DNA of 64,000 nt from NCBI GenBank assembly GCA_963819655.1, contig CAWFXA010000001.1, forward strand, positions 128,001 through 192,000, read 5' to 3'. The stretch comes from an uncultured Chloroflexia bacterium. Lineage in GTDB: Bacteria; Chloroflexota; Limnocylindria; Limnocylindrales; CSP1-4. This document shows positions 48,628 to 57,501 of this stretch, in pieces. The notes below the pieces were generated by a model, which saw only the letters and a program-made list of their open reading frames with translations, made no database searches and had not been told where the DNA came from. The translations under genes and the position numbers were made by a program. Each line of letters starts with the position of its first letter. Position 1 is the first letter of the stretch.

Positions 48628-49590
48628 TCAGCAGTCGTAGGCCGCCACGGGGTACACCCGCTCGCAGTAGCGGACGTGGACGTGGTCGTCGTGACCTGTA
48701 TGCCAGCGCGATAACCCTTCGCGGATGAGGACCGGATCGTTGAAGTAGATGAGCTTGATGTGGCCGGGCGCGGCGGCACGGATCGCCCGGATGAGCGCGC
48801 GGGTCGCCGCGCGGTCGTAGACCGACGACCGATACGTGAGGCCCCAGCGGCACTGGTTCTCGTCACGCCGCATAGGCCGCACGTCGACATCGAGACCGCG
48901 CTCGTGGCTTTCGTGACCGGCGATGTCGCCGCCGTGCTCGAGGCCGATGTCGCCGATCGCGACCCGGCCGTGGCCCGCGAGCACGACGGGGACCGCCGCC
49001 GCCTCGACCTGGCCGATCGCCGCGCCCGTGCCCCAGTCGGCGGGTCCGTTGCCGACCTGGTAGTCGCACAGCCACCGCCCGAACGACGGCCGCTCGAAAT
49101 GGCTGATCAGGTATCGCCAGGTCGTGCCTTCGACGACCCCGCTGACCGGCAGGCCCGCGTGGCGCTGGAACGAGCGCACCGCGGTGGCGGTCGCGTCGCC
49201 GAAGACACCGTCGACGGTCAGCGTGGTCCGTCGCTTCTCGTTGAGCTGGCGCTGGAGCACGGCGACCGCCTCGCCCGAGTCCCCGGGCCGGAGCCACACA
49301 AGGAATCGTGCCCAGGTCGGGCCGTTGACCATGCCGGTGACCGGCAGGCCCTGCGCGGTCTGGAACGCTCGGACCGCAGCGACCGTCGGCGAGTCGTAGA
49401 TGCCCGTGATGCCCAGGCCGGTCGTGCCGTGATGGCGGAGGAAGCCCTGGATCGCCCGGACATCGGCGCCGCGGTTGCCGGCACTCTGGTGCGGGTAGCT
49501 GGGCATGCCGGCAGCGGCAGTCCCGGCGCCGGCCAGGCTCAGGACCGCGACGGACGCGGCGATCAGCAGGAGTCGGATCCGATGGGACAT
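48628..49590 (-). CDS. Secreted peptidoglycan-binding protein with MepA-like (M74) murein endopeptidase domain
   Basis: Signal peptide, two PG_binding_1 repeats (VRAFQ...GLPVTG), HESHERGLDVD, HDDHVH. Confidence 0.85.
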   Translation of the reverse strand: MSHRIRLLLIAASVAVLSLAGAGTAAAGMPSYPHQSAGNRGADVRAIQGFLRHHGTTGLGITGIYDSPTVAAVRAFQTAQGLPVTGMVNGPTWARFLVWLRPGDSGEAVAVLQRQLNEKRRTTLTVDGVFGDATATAVRSFQRHAGLPVSGVVEGTTWRYLISHFERPSFGRWLCDYQVGNGPADWGTGAAIGQVEAAAVPVVLAGHGRVAIGDIGLEHGGDIAGHESHERGLDVDVRPMRRDENQCRWGLTYRSSVYDRAATRALIRAIRAAAPGHIKLIYFNDPVLIREGLSRWHTGHDDHVHVRYCERVYPVAAYDC

Positions 49591-49595
49591 GGCCG

Positions 49596-50546
49596 TCAGG
49601 CTACAGGGGTGTCGACGTCGTCCGCACCCACCCGAACGGCCCAGCCGCTCACCTCCGATGCGGTCGGTGGGTCGGCCCCTGGGCGGGTACACGTGATACT
49701 CGCCACGCGGACGGCGAACGACGTCGCGTCGATGATCGCGGCGCGGTCGGCGAGGTCGGCCCGGCCCCGACCGGCCCCGATCCACGCGGCCAGGAAGCCG
49801 CCACCGAACGCATCGCCGGCGCCGACGCTGTCCACGACCTCGACGCGCGGCGGTTCGACGGTCTGCTTCCCGTCGGCGGTCACGATCCGGACCGGCCCGG
49901 GTCCGTCCGTGACGAGCACGACGCTCGGTCCGTCCTCGAGGATCGTGGTGGCAGTGTCGACCGGCTCCTGGCCCGGCCGGAAGAAGCGCAGGTCGTCGAC
50001 GCTGGCCTTCAGCACGTCCAGGCGGCCCAGGAGGCGGTCGATGCGCGCGACCCACGCGGCGCGGTCCGGCGTGGCCGTGGGTCGCGCGTTGAGGTCGGCC
50101 ATCACGAGTGTTTCGGCAGGCATCCGGCCGACGACCGCCTCGACCGTCGACCCGATCGGCTCGAGCACGAGCCCGAGTGTCCCGATGTGGAGCGCCGCCG
50201 GGCGCACGATCGCCTCGACCGCATCCATGCCGAGATCCGGGACCGAGGTGCCGCTGAGGTAGAACCGGTAGCGCACCTCGCCCGTGACATCCGATTCGAC
50301 GACCGCGAGCGTCGTCGGGTCGTCGGTCTCGACGATGAGCTCGACATCGACCCTGTCGCTCACGAGTCGATCGCGCAGCCGACGCCCGAACGCATCGGTC
50401 GACAGGCGGCCGACGAATGCGACCCCCTGCCCGAGCCGGGCGATCGTGCGGGCTGTGTTGAACGGTCCGCCGCCGGCGGTCGCCTCGATGCGCCCGTCCG
50501 GGCGCACCAGCAGGTCGATCAGGGCCTCGCCGATGACGACGATCAC
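49596..50546 (-). CDS. PfkB-family carbohydrate kinase (fructokinase-like)
   Basis: VIGEALIDL, GGGPFNTA, DLNARP, VDSVGAGDAF; GTG 50546 preceded by TACGAT. Confidence 0.9.
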   Translation of the reverse strand: MIVVIGEALIDLLVRPDGRIEATAGGGPFNTARTIARLGQGVAFVGRLSTDAFGRRLRDRLVSDRVDVELIVETDDPTTLAVVESDVTGEVRYRFYLSGTSVPDLGMDAVEAIVRPAALHIGTLGLVLEPIGSTVEAVVGRMPAETLVMADLNARPTATPDRAAWVARIDRLLGRLDVLKASVDDLRFFRPGQEPVDTATTILEDGPSVVLVTDGPGPVRIVTADGKQTVEPPRVEVVDSVGAGDAFGGGFLAAWIGAGRGRADLADRAAIIDATSFAVRVASITCTRPGADPPTASEVSGWAVRVGADDVDTPVA

Positions 50547-50571
50547 GCCGCGCATCGTAGTCTGCGCCGTG

Positions 50572-51282
50572 ATGAACCGACTTTCGGGGGCGGTGGAGCT
50601 GCTCGACGGCCCGCTCGACGACCGGCGGGCCCTCGTCGGGAACCTGCGCGATCTGGCCCGCTTCAATCGGCGACTGGGCGGCATCCGGCTGACGACGTCC
50701 GCGGTCGACGCGCTGGCACCAGGCTCCGCGCCACTGACCGTGCTGGACGTCGGCACCGGCGGAGCCGACATCCCCCTGGCGCTCATCGAACGCGGTCGTG
50801 CCGAAGGCCGTCTCGTCCGCGTGACCGGCATCGACAACCGTCCGGAGGTCCTCGCCGCGGCAGCGGTGGCCGACCCCCGCATCACGGCGACCGGGGAGCT
50901 GGCACTCCACGTCGGCGACGGGCTCGCCCTCCCCTACCCCGACGACGCCTTCGACATCGTCCATGCGTCCCTCCTCGTCCACCACCTCGAGCCTGCGGCG
51001 GCCAGGGCGCTGCTGGCTGAGATGGCTCGTGTCGCTCGGGTTGGAGTCGTGCTCAACGACCTCGTCCGCGGCCGGCGCTTCCTGCTCGGGGCCTGGCTGT
51101 TGACCCGTCTGCTGCGGAACCGGTTCACCCGCAGCGATGCGCCGCTGTCGGTCAGGCGTGCGTACACGGTCAGCGAGCTCACGGCGCTGCTCGCGGCGGC
51201 GGGTCTCCGTGTCGAACGCCGCTTCGACGGGTTCGCCGGTCATCGGGTGGCCCTCGCCGCGCGTCGGAACGGCCGGTCATGA
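50572..51282 (+). CDS. SAM-dependent methyltransferase of the type found beside phenolic-lipid PKS genes
   Basis: ELLDGP...LRDLARFNRRLGG, VLDVGTGGADIP, FDIVHASLLVHHL, DAPLSVRRAYT. Confidence 0.88.
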   Translation: MNRLSGAVELLDGPLDDRRALVGNLRDLARFNRRLGGIRLTTSAVDALAPGSAPLTVLDVGTGGADIPLALIERGRAEGRLVRVTGIDNRPEVLAAAAVADPRITATGELALHVGDGLALPYPDDAFDIVHASLLVHHLEPAAARALLAEMARVARVGVVLNDLVRGRRFLLGAWLLTRLLRNRFTRSDAPLSVRRAYTVSELTALLAAAGLRVERRFDGFAGHRVALAARRNGRS

Positions 51283-52511
51283 GCCGCGTCGTCGATGTCG
51301 CGATCGTGGGCGCGGGACCGGCCGGGACCACCCTGGCGGCCGCGCTGGCGAGCCGCGGGATCGAGGTGCTGGTACTCGAGCGCGCGCCGACGTGGCAATG
51401 GCGGGCCGGGGGCGTGTTCACATCGCCGGCCGCCGTGCGGGCTCTCGAGCGGGCCGGGTTGGAGCACGAGGCGCTGGACGCTCTCATGCGACCGATCCCG
51501 GCAATGCGCCTCGAGACACCGGGCGGTGCCGTCGCGCGGCTGACGTACGGCGCGGACCGCGGGGGCCCGTCGGCGGTCGGGTTCGACCGGTCGCGGCTCG
51601 ACCCGGCGCTCGAGGCGCTCGCCCGAGATCGCGGCGTGGCGATCCGCCGGGGTGCGCGGGTCAGTGCCGTCGATCTCGACCCGAACGGGCCCGCGACGTT
51701 GCGCGTCCGCGAGGAGTCGATCCGTGCCCGGATCGTCGTCGGGGCGGACGGCTCGGGCTCGGTCGTCGCTCGCACGGCGGGCGTGGCACGGTCGGCGCGG
51801 TTGCCACGCCGGATCGGGCTGACGTGGCACGTCGTCGACCCGCGACCGGCGGCGGGTGCCGCCGACACCGCATCCGATGCGCGTCTCGCGGTGATCCGGG
51901 ACGGCTATGTCGGGCTGGCGCCCGTGCCAGGTGGGCGGCTCAACATCGGCATCGTGCTCGGGCCGTCCTGGCGCGCTGGGCTTGCCCGGGACGGGGCGGT
52001 GGTCACGACCCGCCGGGCGCTCGCGATGGTCCCGACGACAGGGGACGACCCGATCGCGTGGGTGGACGCGACGCCGTGCGAACGGATCGCGGGCGCGGTC
52101 CCCCTGGGCGGTCGCGTGACACGGCGCGCCGGCCCCGGCTGGTTCCTGGTCGGCGATGCGGCCGGCTTCCTCGACCCGTTCACAGGAGAGGGCCTTCACC
52201 GCGCGCTCGTCTCGACAGAGCTCGCGGCTACGGCGATCCAGTCCGCCCTGGGCCGCTCGGGCAGTCGCACGCCCCGGGCGACGGCGGCAGCCGCGTACGA
52301 CCGCGCGATGCGCCGCCGCTTCGCCTCGAAGGACGCCGTCTCGTGGCTCGTCCAGTCGTTCCTCGCGAGGCCTCGCCTCTTCGAGTACGCGGCACGGCGA
52401 CTCGCCGACCGGCCCAACCTCCGTGCGACCATGGGCCTCGTGATGGGCGATCTCGTCCCGGCCTCGCGAGGCCTCGATCCTCGATTCCTCGTCAGGCTGC
52501 TCGCGCCGTGA
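51279..52511 (+). CDS. FAD-dependent oxidoreductase/monooxygenase (GGR/hydroxylase-like)
   Basis: IVGAGPAG, VGADGSGS, LVGDAAGFLDPFTGEGL. Confidence 0.88.
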   Translation: MSRVVDVAIVGAGPAGTTLAAALASRGIEVLVLERAPTWQWRAGGVFTSPAAVRALERAGLEHEALDALMRPIPAMRLETPGGAVARLTYGADRGGPSAVGFDRSRLDPALEALARDRGVAIRRGARVSAVDLDPNGPATLRVREESIRARIVVGADGSGSVVARTAGVARSARLPRRIGLTWHVVDPRPAAGAADTASDARLAVIRDGYVGLAPVPGGRLNIGIVLGPSWRAGLARDGAVVTTRRALAMVPTTGDDPIAWVDATPCERIAGAVPLGGRVTRRAGPGWFLVGDAAGFLDPFTGEGLHRALVSTELAATAIQSALGRSGSRTPRATAAAAYDRAMRRRFASKDAVSWLVQSFLARPRLFEYAARRLADRPNLRATMGLVMGDLVPASRGLDPRFLVRLLAP

Positions 52512-52939
52512 GCGAGGATCGCGTTCGGGTCGCCGCCTATGCGGTCGTGCGCGACGACCAGGGCCGGGTCCTGCTCTGCCACATCAACCCGTCGATCGGC
52601 GTGGGCGACATCTGGACGCTGCCGGGCGGCGGGCTCGACTTCGGTGAGGCGCCCGCGCAGGCCGCACTCCGCGAGCTCGAGGAGGAGACCGGGTTCAGCG
52701 GCGAGATCGACCGGCTCCTCGATGTCGACGACCGGCTGTTCACGAGCGCGGATGGCGGCGAGCGGATGCACGCGATCCGCATCGTCTACGCGGTCCGGCT
52801 CGTGGGCGGCACGCTGCGCGACGAGCCTGATGGCTCGACCGACACGTGCCGCTGGGTCGAGCCCTCGAAGGCAAAGCGGCTCCGCTTGGGCGAACTCGCC
52901 CGACACGCCCTCGAGCGATCGATGCCGGTCGATGCATAG
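52508..52939 (+). CDS. Nudix hydrolase
   Basis: Nudix box GGGLDFGEAPAQAALRELEEETG. Confidence 0.9.
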   Translation: MSEDRVRVAAYAVVRDDQGRVLLCHINPSIGVGDIWTLPGGGLDFGEAPAQAALRELEEETGFSGEIDRLLDVDDRLFTSADGGERMHAIRIVYAVRLVGGTLRDEPDGSTDTCRWVEPSKAKRLRLGELARHALERSMPVDA

Positions 52940-53441
52940 CGACATCGCGATCGACATCGATGCCCCGGCGCCCCTGGTCTTCGCACTCGCCCGGGACGTG
53001 GAACGCTGGGCGACGCTGTTGCCCCACTACGTCCGGTCGCGGGTCGTCGCCCGACGACCCGACGGGGGCGTCGTGGCCGACTTCGTCGCCAGGCGGCCGC
53101 TCCTCCCCGTGCTCGGTCTCGGGCTCCCGGTGACCTGGCGATCCCGAGCGTCGAACGAGCCAGACACGCTCAGACTCTTCTTCGTCCATGTGGCCGGGGC
53201 GACGACAGGGATGAATGTCAGGTGGCGCATCGAGCCGAGTGGTGAGGGCAACGGCGCAGGTTGTCGCGTGACGATCGAGCACGACTTCTCGCCGCGCCTT
53301 CCGGGCTTCGCGCGGTTCGTCGACCGGGCGTTCACCCGACCGATCGCGGGACGCACGCTGGCAACATTCAAGGCCCTCGCCGAGGCGGTCGCGGACGCCG
53401 AACGGTCCGGTCCGCCCGCGACGACGAAAGGAATGGCATGA
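52932..53441 (+). CDS. SRPBCC polyketide cyclase/aromatase-like protein
   Basis: IDIDAPAPLVFALARDVERWATLLPHY, GMNVRWRIEP, IAGRTLATFKALAE. Confidence 0.82.
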   Translation: MHSDIAIDIDAPAPLVFALARDVERWATLLPHYVRSRVVARRPDGGVVADFVARRPLLPVLGLGLPVTWRSRASNEPDTLRLFFVHVAGATTGMNVRWRIEPSGEGNGAGCRVTIEHDFSPRLPGFARFVDRAFTRPIAGRTLATFKALAEAVADAERSGPPATTKGMA

Positions 53442-54700
53442 CGAGTCGCCGGCGGATCTGGATCACCGGCATCGGCGTCGTGACGCCGATCGGCACCGGT
53501 GTCGACGCCTTCCGGGCCGGTCTCCGGCGCGCGAAGTCGCAGGTCAAGCGCATCGATCGCTTCGACCCGTCGCCATTCCGGAGCCAGGTCGCGGCCCAGG
53601 TCGATGACTTCGACCCGCTCCAGTGGATGCCGCCGAAGACGGCCCGCCAGCTCGACCGGTTCAGCCAGTTCGGGATGGTCACCGGCCGGCTCGCGCTGGA
53701 CGACGCCGGTCTGCGACCGGGGGATGCCGGCGCACCCGATCCCGAGCGCATCGGCATCTACCTCGGCTCTGCGCTGGGTGGCATCGCGTTCGCGGAGGAG
53801 CAGCACGAGCGATACATGGAAAAGGGCATCCGGCAAGTCGCCCCGACGCTGGCGCTCGCGGTGTTCGGTGGCGCCGCGCCGGCCAATCTCGGCATCGCTC
53901 TCGACGTCCGCGGCCCGATCCTCTCGACGGCGAACTCGTGCGCTTCGGGCGGCGTCGCCCTCGGTGAGGCGCTCGGCGACCTCCGCGAGGGGCGAGTCGA
54001 TGCCGCGATCGCCGGTGGTTCCGAGATACCGCTGTCGCCGCTGGCGTTCGGGGCGTTCGACATCATCCGGGCGCTGTCGGCCGGCTACAACGAGGATCCG
54101 GGCCACGCGGCGCGCCCGTTCGATGCCGGACGGGATGGCTTCGTGATGGGCGAGGGCGCGGCGCTGCTGGTCCTCGAGGAGGCGGAGGCGGCTGAGCGAC
54201 GTGGCGCCACACCCTACGCCGAGGTGCTCGGCTACGGCGCGACGTCCGACGCGTATCACATGGTCCAGCCACGGGCCGATGGTCGCGAAGCGGCGCGTGC
54301 CGCCACGATCGCGCTCGACGACGCGGGAGTCGAGCCCGGAGAGATCGACTACGTCAACGCCCATGCCTCATCGACACCGATCGGGGACATGGCCGAGGCG
54401 CGGGCCATCACGACCGCGCTCGGCGAGCGCGCCGCGACCGTCCCCGTCAGCGGGACGAAGGCGTTGTACGGCCACCCGCTGGGAGCGTCAGGGGCGATCG
54501 AAGCGGCGATCTGCGCACTCGCCATCCGCGACGGCTGGGCGCCCGCCACTGTGAACCTGGTCGAACCGGAGCCCGAGCTGGACGGTCTGCTGCCGGGCTT
54601 GCTGCGGGCCGGTCGGCCGGGCACCTATCGACGGGTGCTGAGCACCTCGTTCGGGTTCGGCGGGCTGAATGCCGCGCTGGTGCTCGGCTCGGTCGACTGA
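53438..54700 (+). CDS. Beta-ketoacyl-ACP synthase (FabF/KS-alpha-like)
   Basis: ITGIGVVTPIG, Cys in TANSCASG, His in NAHASST and GHPLGASG, SFGFGG. Confidence 0.92.
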   Translation: MTSRRRIWITGIGVVTPIGTGVDAFRAGLRRAKSQVKRIDRFDPSPFRSQVAAQVDDFDPLQWMPPKTARQLDRFSQFGMVTGRLALDDAGLRPGDAGAPDPERIGIYLGSALGGIAFAEEQHERYMEKGIRQVAPTLALAVFGGAAPANLGIALDVRGPILSTANSCASGGVALGEALGDLREGRVDAAIAGGSEIPLSPLAFGAFDIIRALSAGYNEDPGHAARPFDAGRDGFVMGEGAALLVLEEAEAAERRGATPYAEVLGYGATSDAYHMVQPRADGREAARAATIALDDAGVEPGEIDYVNAHASSTPIGDMAEARAITTALGERAATVPVSGTKALYGHPLGASGAIEAAICALAIRDGWAPATVNLVEPEPELDGLLPGLLRAGRPGTYRRVLSTSFGFGGLNAALVLGSVD

Positions 54701-56019
54701 GCGAACGCCGGGGCCTCGGCTGTCGGGGGCACGACGGCCCGCGTCCCCTCGGCACCCGCCGTGGGGGAATGCCTGATCCGCCGCCACCAGACGAGCGCGA
54801 CCACGCCGGTCAGCAGCGACAGGGCGCCACCGATGGCGATCGCCTCGAGGATGCCGATCGAGGACGCCAGGACGCCCATGAGCAGACCGCCGATCGGCAT
54901 CGACGCCGAGAAGACCGTGGTGTAGACGCTCATCACCCGCCCGCGTAGGCCGTCCGGGACGGCGAGCTGGATCGTCGCGTTCGCCGTCGCCGCCATCACG
55001 ATGCCGCCGGCACCGACCGGCACCATGAGTAGCAGCGACAGCGGGTACGACGTCGACGTCGCGAGCAGCAACGACGCGACCCCGAGCACGATCGCGCCGA
55101 GCGCGATGCGGATCGGTCGCGGCTTGCCGGAGAGCACGAGCCCGATCGCCGCCGCCAACGCACCCAACCCCGACGCCGCCATCAGGAAGCCGAACCCGGT
55201 GGCGTCGCTGCCGAGCGCGTCCTGGGCGAGCGGCGGGATCACGACCTGGAAGTTCATGCCGAAGGTGGCGGTCAACCCGACCGTCGTCACCGCCATCAGC
55301 ACGATCGGGGTCTTCCGCACGAACTGCAGGCCCTCGGCCAGGTTCTCCATCACCGCGCCGACCGACCGTGGGCGCGGGATGAGCCTGGGTCGATGGAGCT
55401 CATGGTCACGCATCACCGACAGCGAGACGATGACCGCCAGGAAACTCAGGGCGTTGAGCGCGAAAGCCGTAGCCATGCCGAAAGCCCCGATCGTCAGGCC
55501 GGCGACCGCGGGACCGATCACCCGGGCGCCGTTGAACATCGCGGAGTTGATCGCCACGGCGTTGCCCACATCGCGTGCGCCGACCATCTCGATCGCGAAC
55601 GCCTGGCGAACGGGCATGTCGACCGCATTCGCACAGCCGAGGAGCAGGGCGAGCACGATGATCATCCAGACCTCGACGACGCCGGTCAGCGTCAGCACGG
55701 TCAGGACGATCGCGAGCAGCATCATCACGACCTGCACGGCAAGCAGCGTCTGCCGCTTGGGCAGGACGTCGGCGAGCACGCCGGCGAACAGCCCGAGCAC
55801 CATGACCGGCAGGAACTGCGCGCCGGCGACCACCCCGAGCCAGAACGGATCGCCGGTCAGCGTCAGGACGAGCCAGCCCTGCGCGACCTGCTGGACCCAG
55901 GTCCCGATGAGGGATATGGCCTGACCGACGAAGAACAGCCGATAGTTGCGGTGCCAGAAGGCCGACGCGGCGTCGGCTCGCGCCATCCGGCGCGGGTGCA
56001 GACCCGAGAGGTCGGTCAC
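54625..56019 (-). CDS. MFS transporter (DHA3/MFS_3-like)
   Basis: RNYRLFFVGQAISLIGTWVQQVAQGW, DMPVRQAF, LRGRVMS. Confidence 0.9.
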   Translation of the reverse strand: MTDLSGLHPRRMARADAASAFWHRNYRLFFVGQAISLIGTWVQQVAQGWLVLTLTGDPFWLGVVAGAQFLPVMVLGLFAGVLADVLPKRQTLLAVQVVMMLLAIVLTVLTLTGVVEVWMIIVLALLLGCANAVDMPVRQAFAIEMVGARDVGNAVAINSAMFNGARVIGPAVAGLTIGAFGMATAFALNALSFLAVIVSLSVMRDHELHRPRLIPRPRSVGAVMENLAEGLQFVRKTPIVLMAVTTVGLTATFGMNFQVVIPPLAQDALGSDATGFGFLMAASGLGALAAAIGLVLSGKPRPIRIALGAIVLGVASLLLATSTSYPLSLLLMVPVGAGGIVMAATANATIQLAVPDGLRGRVMSVYTTVFSASMPIGGLLMGVLASSIGILEAIAIGGALSLLTGVVALVWWRRIRHSPTAGAEGTRAVVPPTAEAPAFAQSTEPSTSAAFSPPNPNEVLSTRR

Positions 56020-56513
56020 GGGCGCGTGGTCCGGTCGGGATGCGGGGCGGGTCCGCCGTCGAGCTCCGCGAGGTGTCCGTCCAGGTGAGCGCGGCGGGCA
56101 CGGGCGGCCTCGACCATGGCGCCCAGGCGCTCGGCCTTCGATTCGAGCGTCTGGATCTGCCGCTCGACGCGGCTCCGGGCATCCTCGAGGATCGCGCGAC
56201 GCTCCCCGGGGTCCTGCGTGGCGCGGAATCGCTCCCGGTTGCGCTCGCGGGCCGCCTCGTCCTCGAGCAGCTGGCCGATCTGGGCGAGCGAGAAGCCCGC
56301 GTCATCGCGCAACTCCTTGATCGTGCGGAGGCGCTCCAGGTCCGAGGCGTCGTACAGGCGATACGCGCCACCCGATCGTGCGGCGGGCTCGAGGAGCCCG
56401 ACTTCTTCGTAGTAACGGATCGCGCGGCTCGTCAGCCCCGTCTCGGCGGCGACGTCCTGGATCTTGAGGAGCGTGCTCTCATGCGGCGGCGCGGTGGTGG
56501 TCTTGGTGGGCAT
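56016..56513 (-). CDS. MerR-family transcriptional regulator
   Basis: IQDVAAETGLTSRAIRYYEEVGLL, YRLY, GFSLAQI. Confidence 0.92.
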   Translation of the reverse strand: MPTKTTTAPPHESTLLKIQDVAAETGLTSRAIRYYEEVGLLEPAARSGGAYRLYDASDLERLRTIKELRDDAGFSLAQIGQLLEDEAARERNRERFRATQDPGERRAILEDARSRVERQIQTLESKAERLGAMVEAARARRAHLDGHLAELDGGPAPHPDRTTRP

Positions 56514-56531
56514 CCGATCGATGATACCACA

Positions 56532-56553
56532 ACCTTGACGTTCACGTTAAGGT
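56532..56553 (-). promoter_or_regulatory. MerR-type operator
   Basis: ACCTTGACGT-tc-ACGTTAAGGT near-perfect palindrome just upstream of the TATCAT -10 box of the merR-like gene. Confidence 0.8.
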
Positions 56554-56943
56554 CAGCGCCGGCGGGGCGCGCCCAGAGCGCCTCGCGCGGCGCACCGCCC
56601 GGTTACCAGGCCCGATTCTGCTGGGAGCAGATGATTCTGCTCATCGCCTCCCACAAGGGCCCGCCGAGGCAACGATCGTGCGGGTGAGGACGCCATCCGT
56701 GCACGGATCGCGACTCCGGTGCCGGCTTATGGCCGCCGATGCCCAGATTCCTCTTGTCCCATCAGAAACTGGAGCAAGTTCAGTCATCGAGCGCGCCGAA
56801 GTCAGGCTTACGCAGGTCGCCAGGATCTGCGACCAACGAGATCGTGACCGCGTCCTGCGACCCATTCGGGAACGATTCGCCCGCCCAACCCGCCAATACA
56901 CTCCAGACGCGACCAGACCGGCCGTGCGAAAACCGAGGGCGAC

Positions 56944-57501
56944 GTGGAGCGAGACCTCGTGGAGCGAGCACGGAAGGGCGATCATGACGCCTTTGCGCTG
57001 CTGGCAGGCGCCACGATCGGTCGGCTGGACGCCGCGGCTCGGCTCATCCTGCGGGATCCGTACCGTGCCGAGGACGCCGTCCAGGAGACGCTCGTCCGCT
57101 GCTGGCGGGACCTGCCCACCCTGCGCGATCCCGATCGCTTCGATGCCTGGCTTCACCGGATCTTTCTAAACGCCTGCCGCGATCAGCTCCGGGTCGCCAA
57201 GCGCAGGAGCATCGAGGTCGAGCTTCCCGAGATCCATCCTCTCTCGGTGCCTGACTCCCAATCGGCCACGGCCGACCGGGACCTCATCGAGCGTGGCGTC
57301 CGTCACCTCGACGCCGACCAGCGCACCGTGATCGTCCTTCACTACTACCTTGGCCTGCCGCTGCCCGATGCCGCCTCAGCGATGGGGATCCCGCTCGGGA
57401 CCGCGAAGTCACGACTCCATCGGGCGACCCAGGCGCTCCGAGCCGCTCTCGACTCGGATGCCCGGGCCGCCCGGCCGATGGCGGAGGGAGGGTCCAGATG
57501 A
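56944..57501 (+). CDS. ECF sigma-70 factor
   Basis: AEDAVQETL, FDAWLHRI, QRTVIVLHYY, GIPLGTAKSRL. Confidence 0.9.
   Translation: MERDLVERARKGDHDAFALLAGATIGRLDAAARLILRDPYRAEDAVQETLVRCWRDLPTLRDPDRFDAWLHRIFLNACRDQLRVAKRRSIEVELPEIHPLSVPDSQSATADRDLIERGVRHLDADQRTVIVLHYYLGLPLPDAASAMGIPLGTAKSRLHRATQALRAALDSDARAARPMAEGGSR

Noticed and set aside
48628-52939. Long ORFs 48628..51243 and 51137..52939 as multidomain proteins
   Set aside because: Only the C-terminal parts (endopeptidase; Nudix) look like protein; the upstream parts overlap other real genes in different frames
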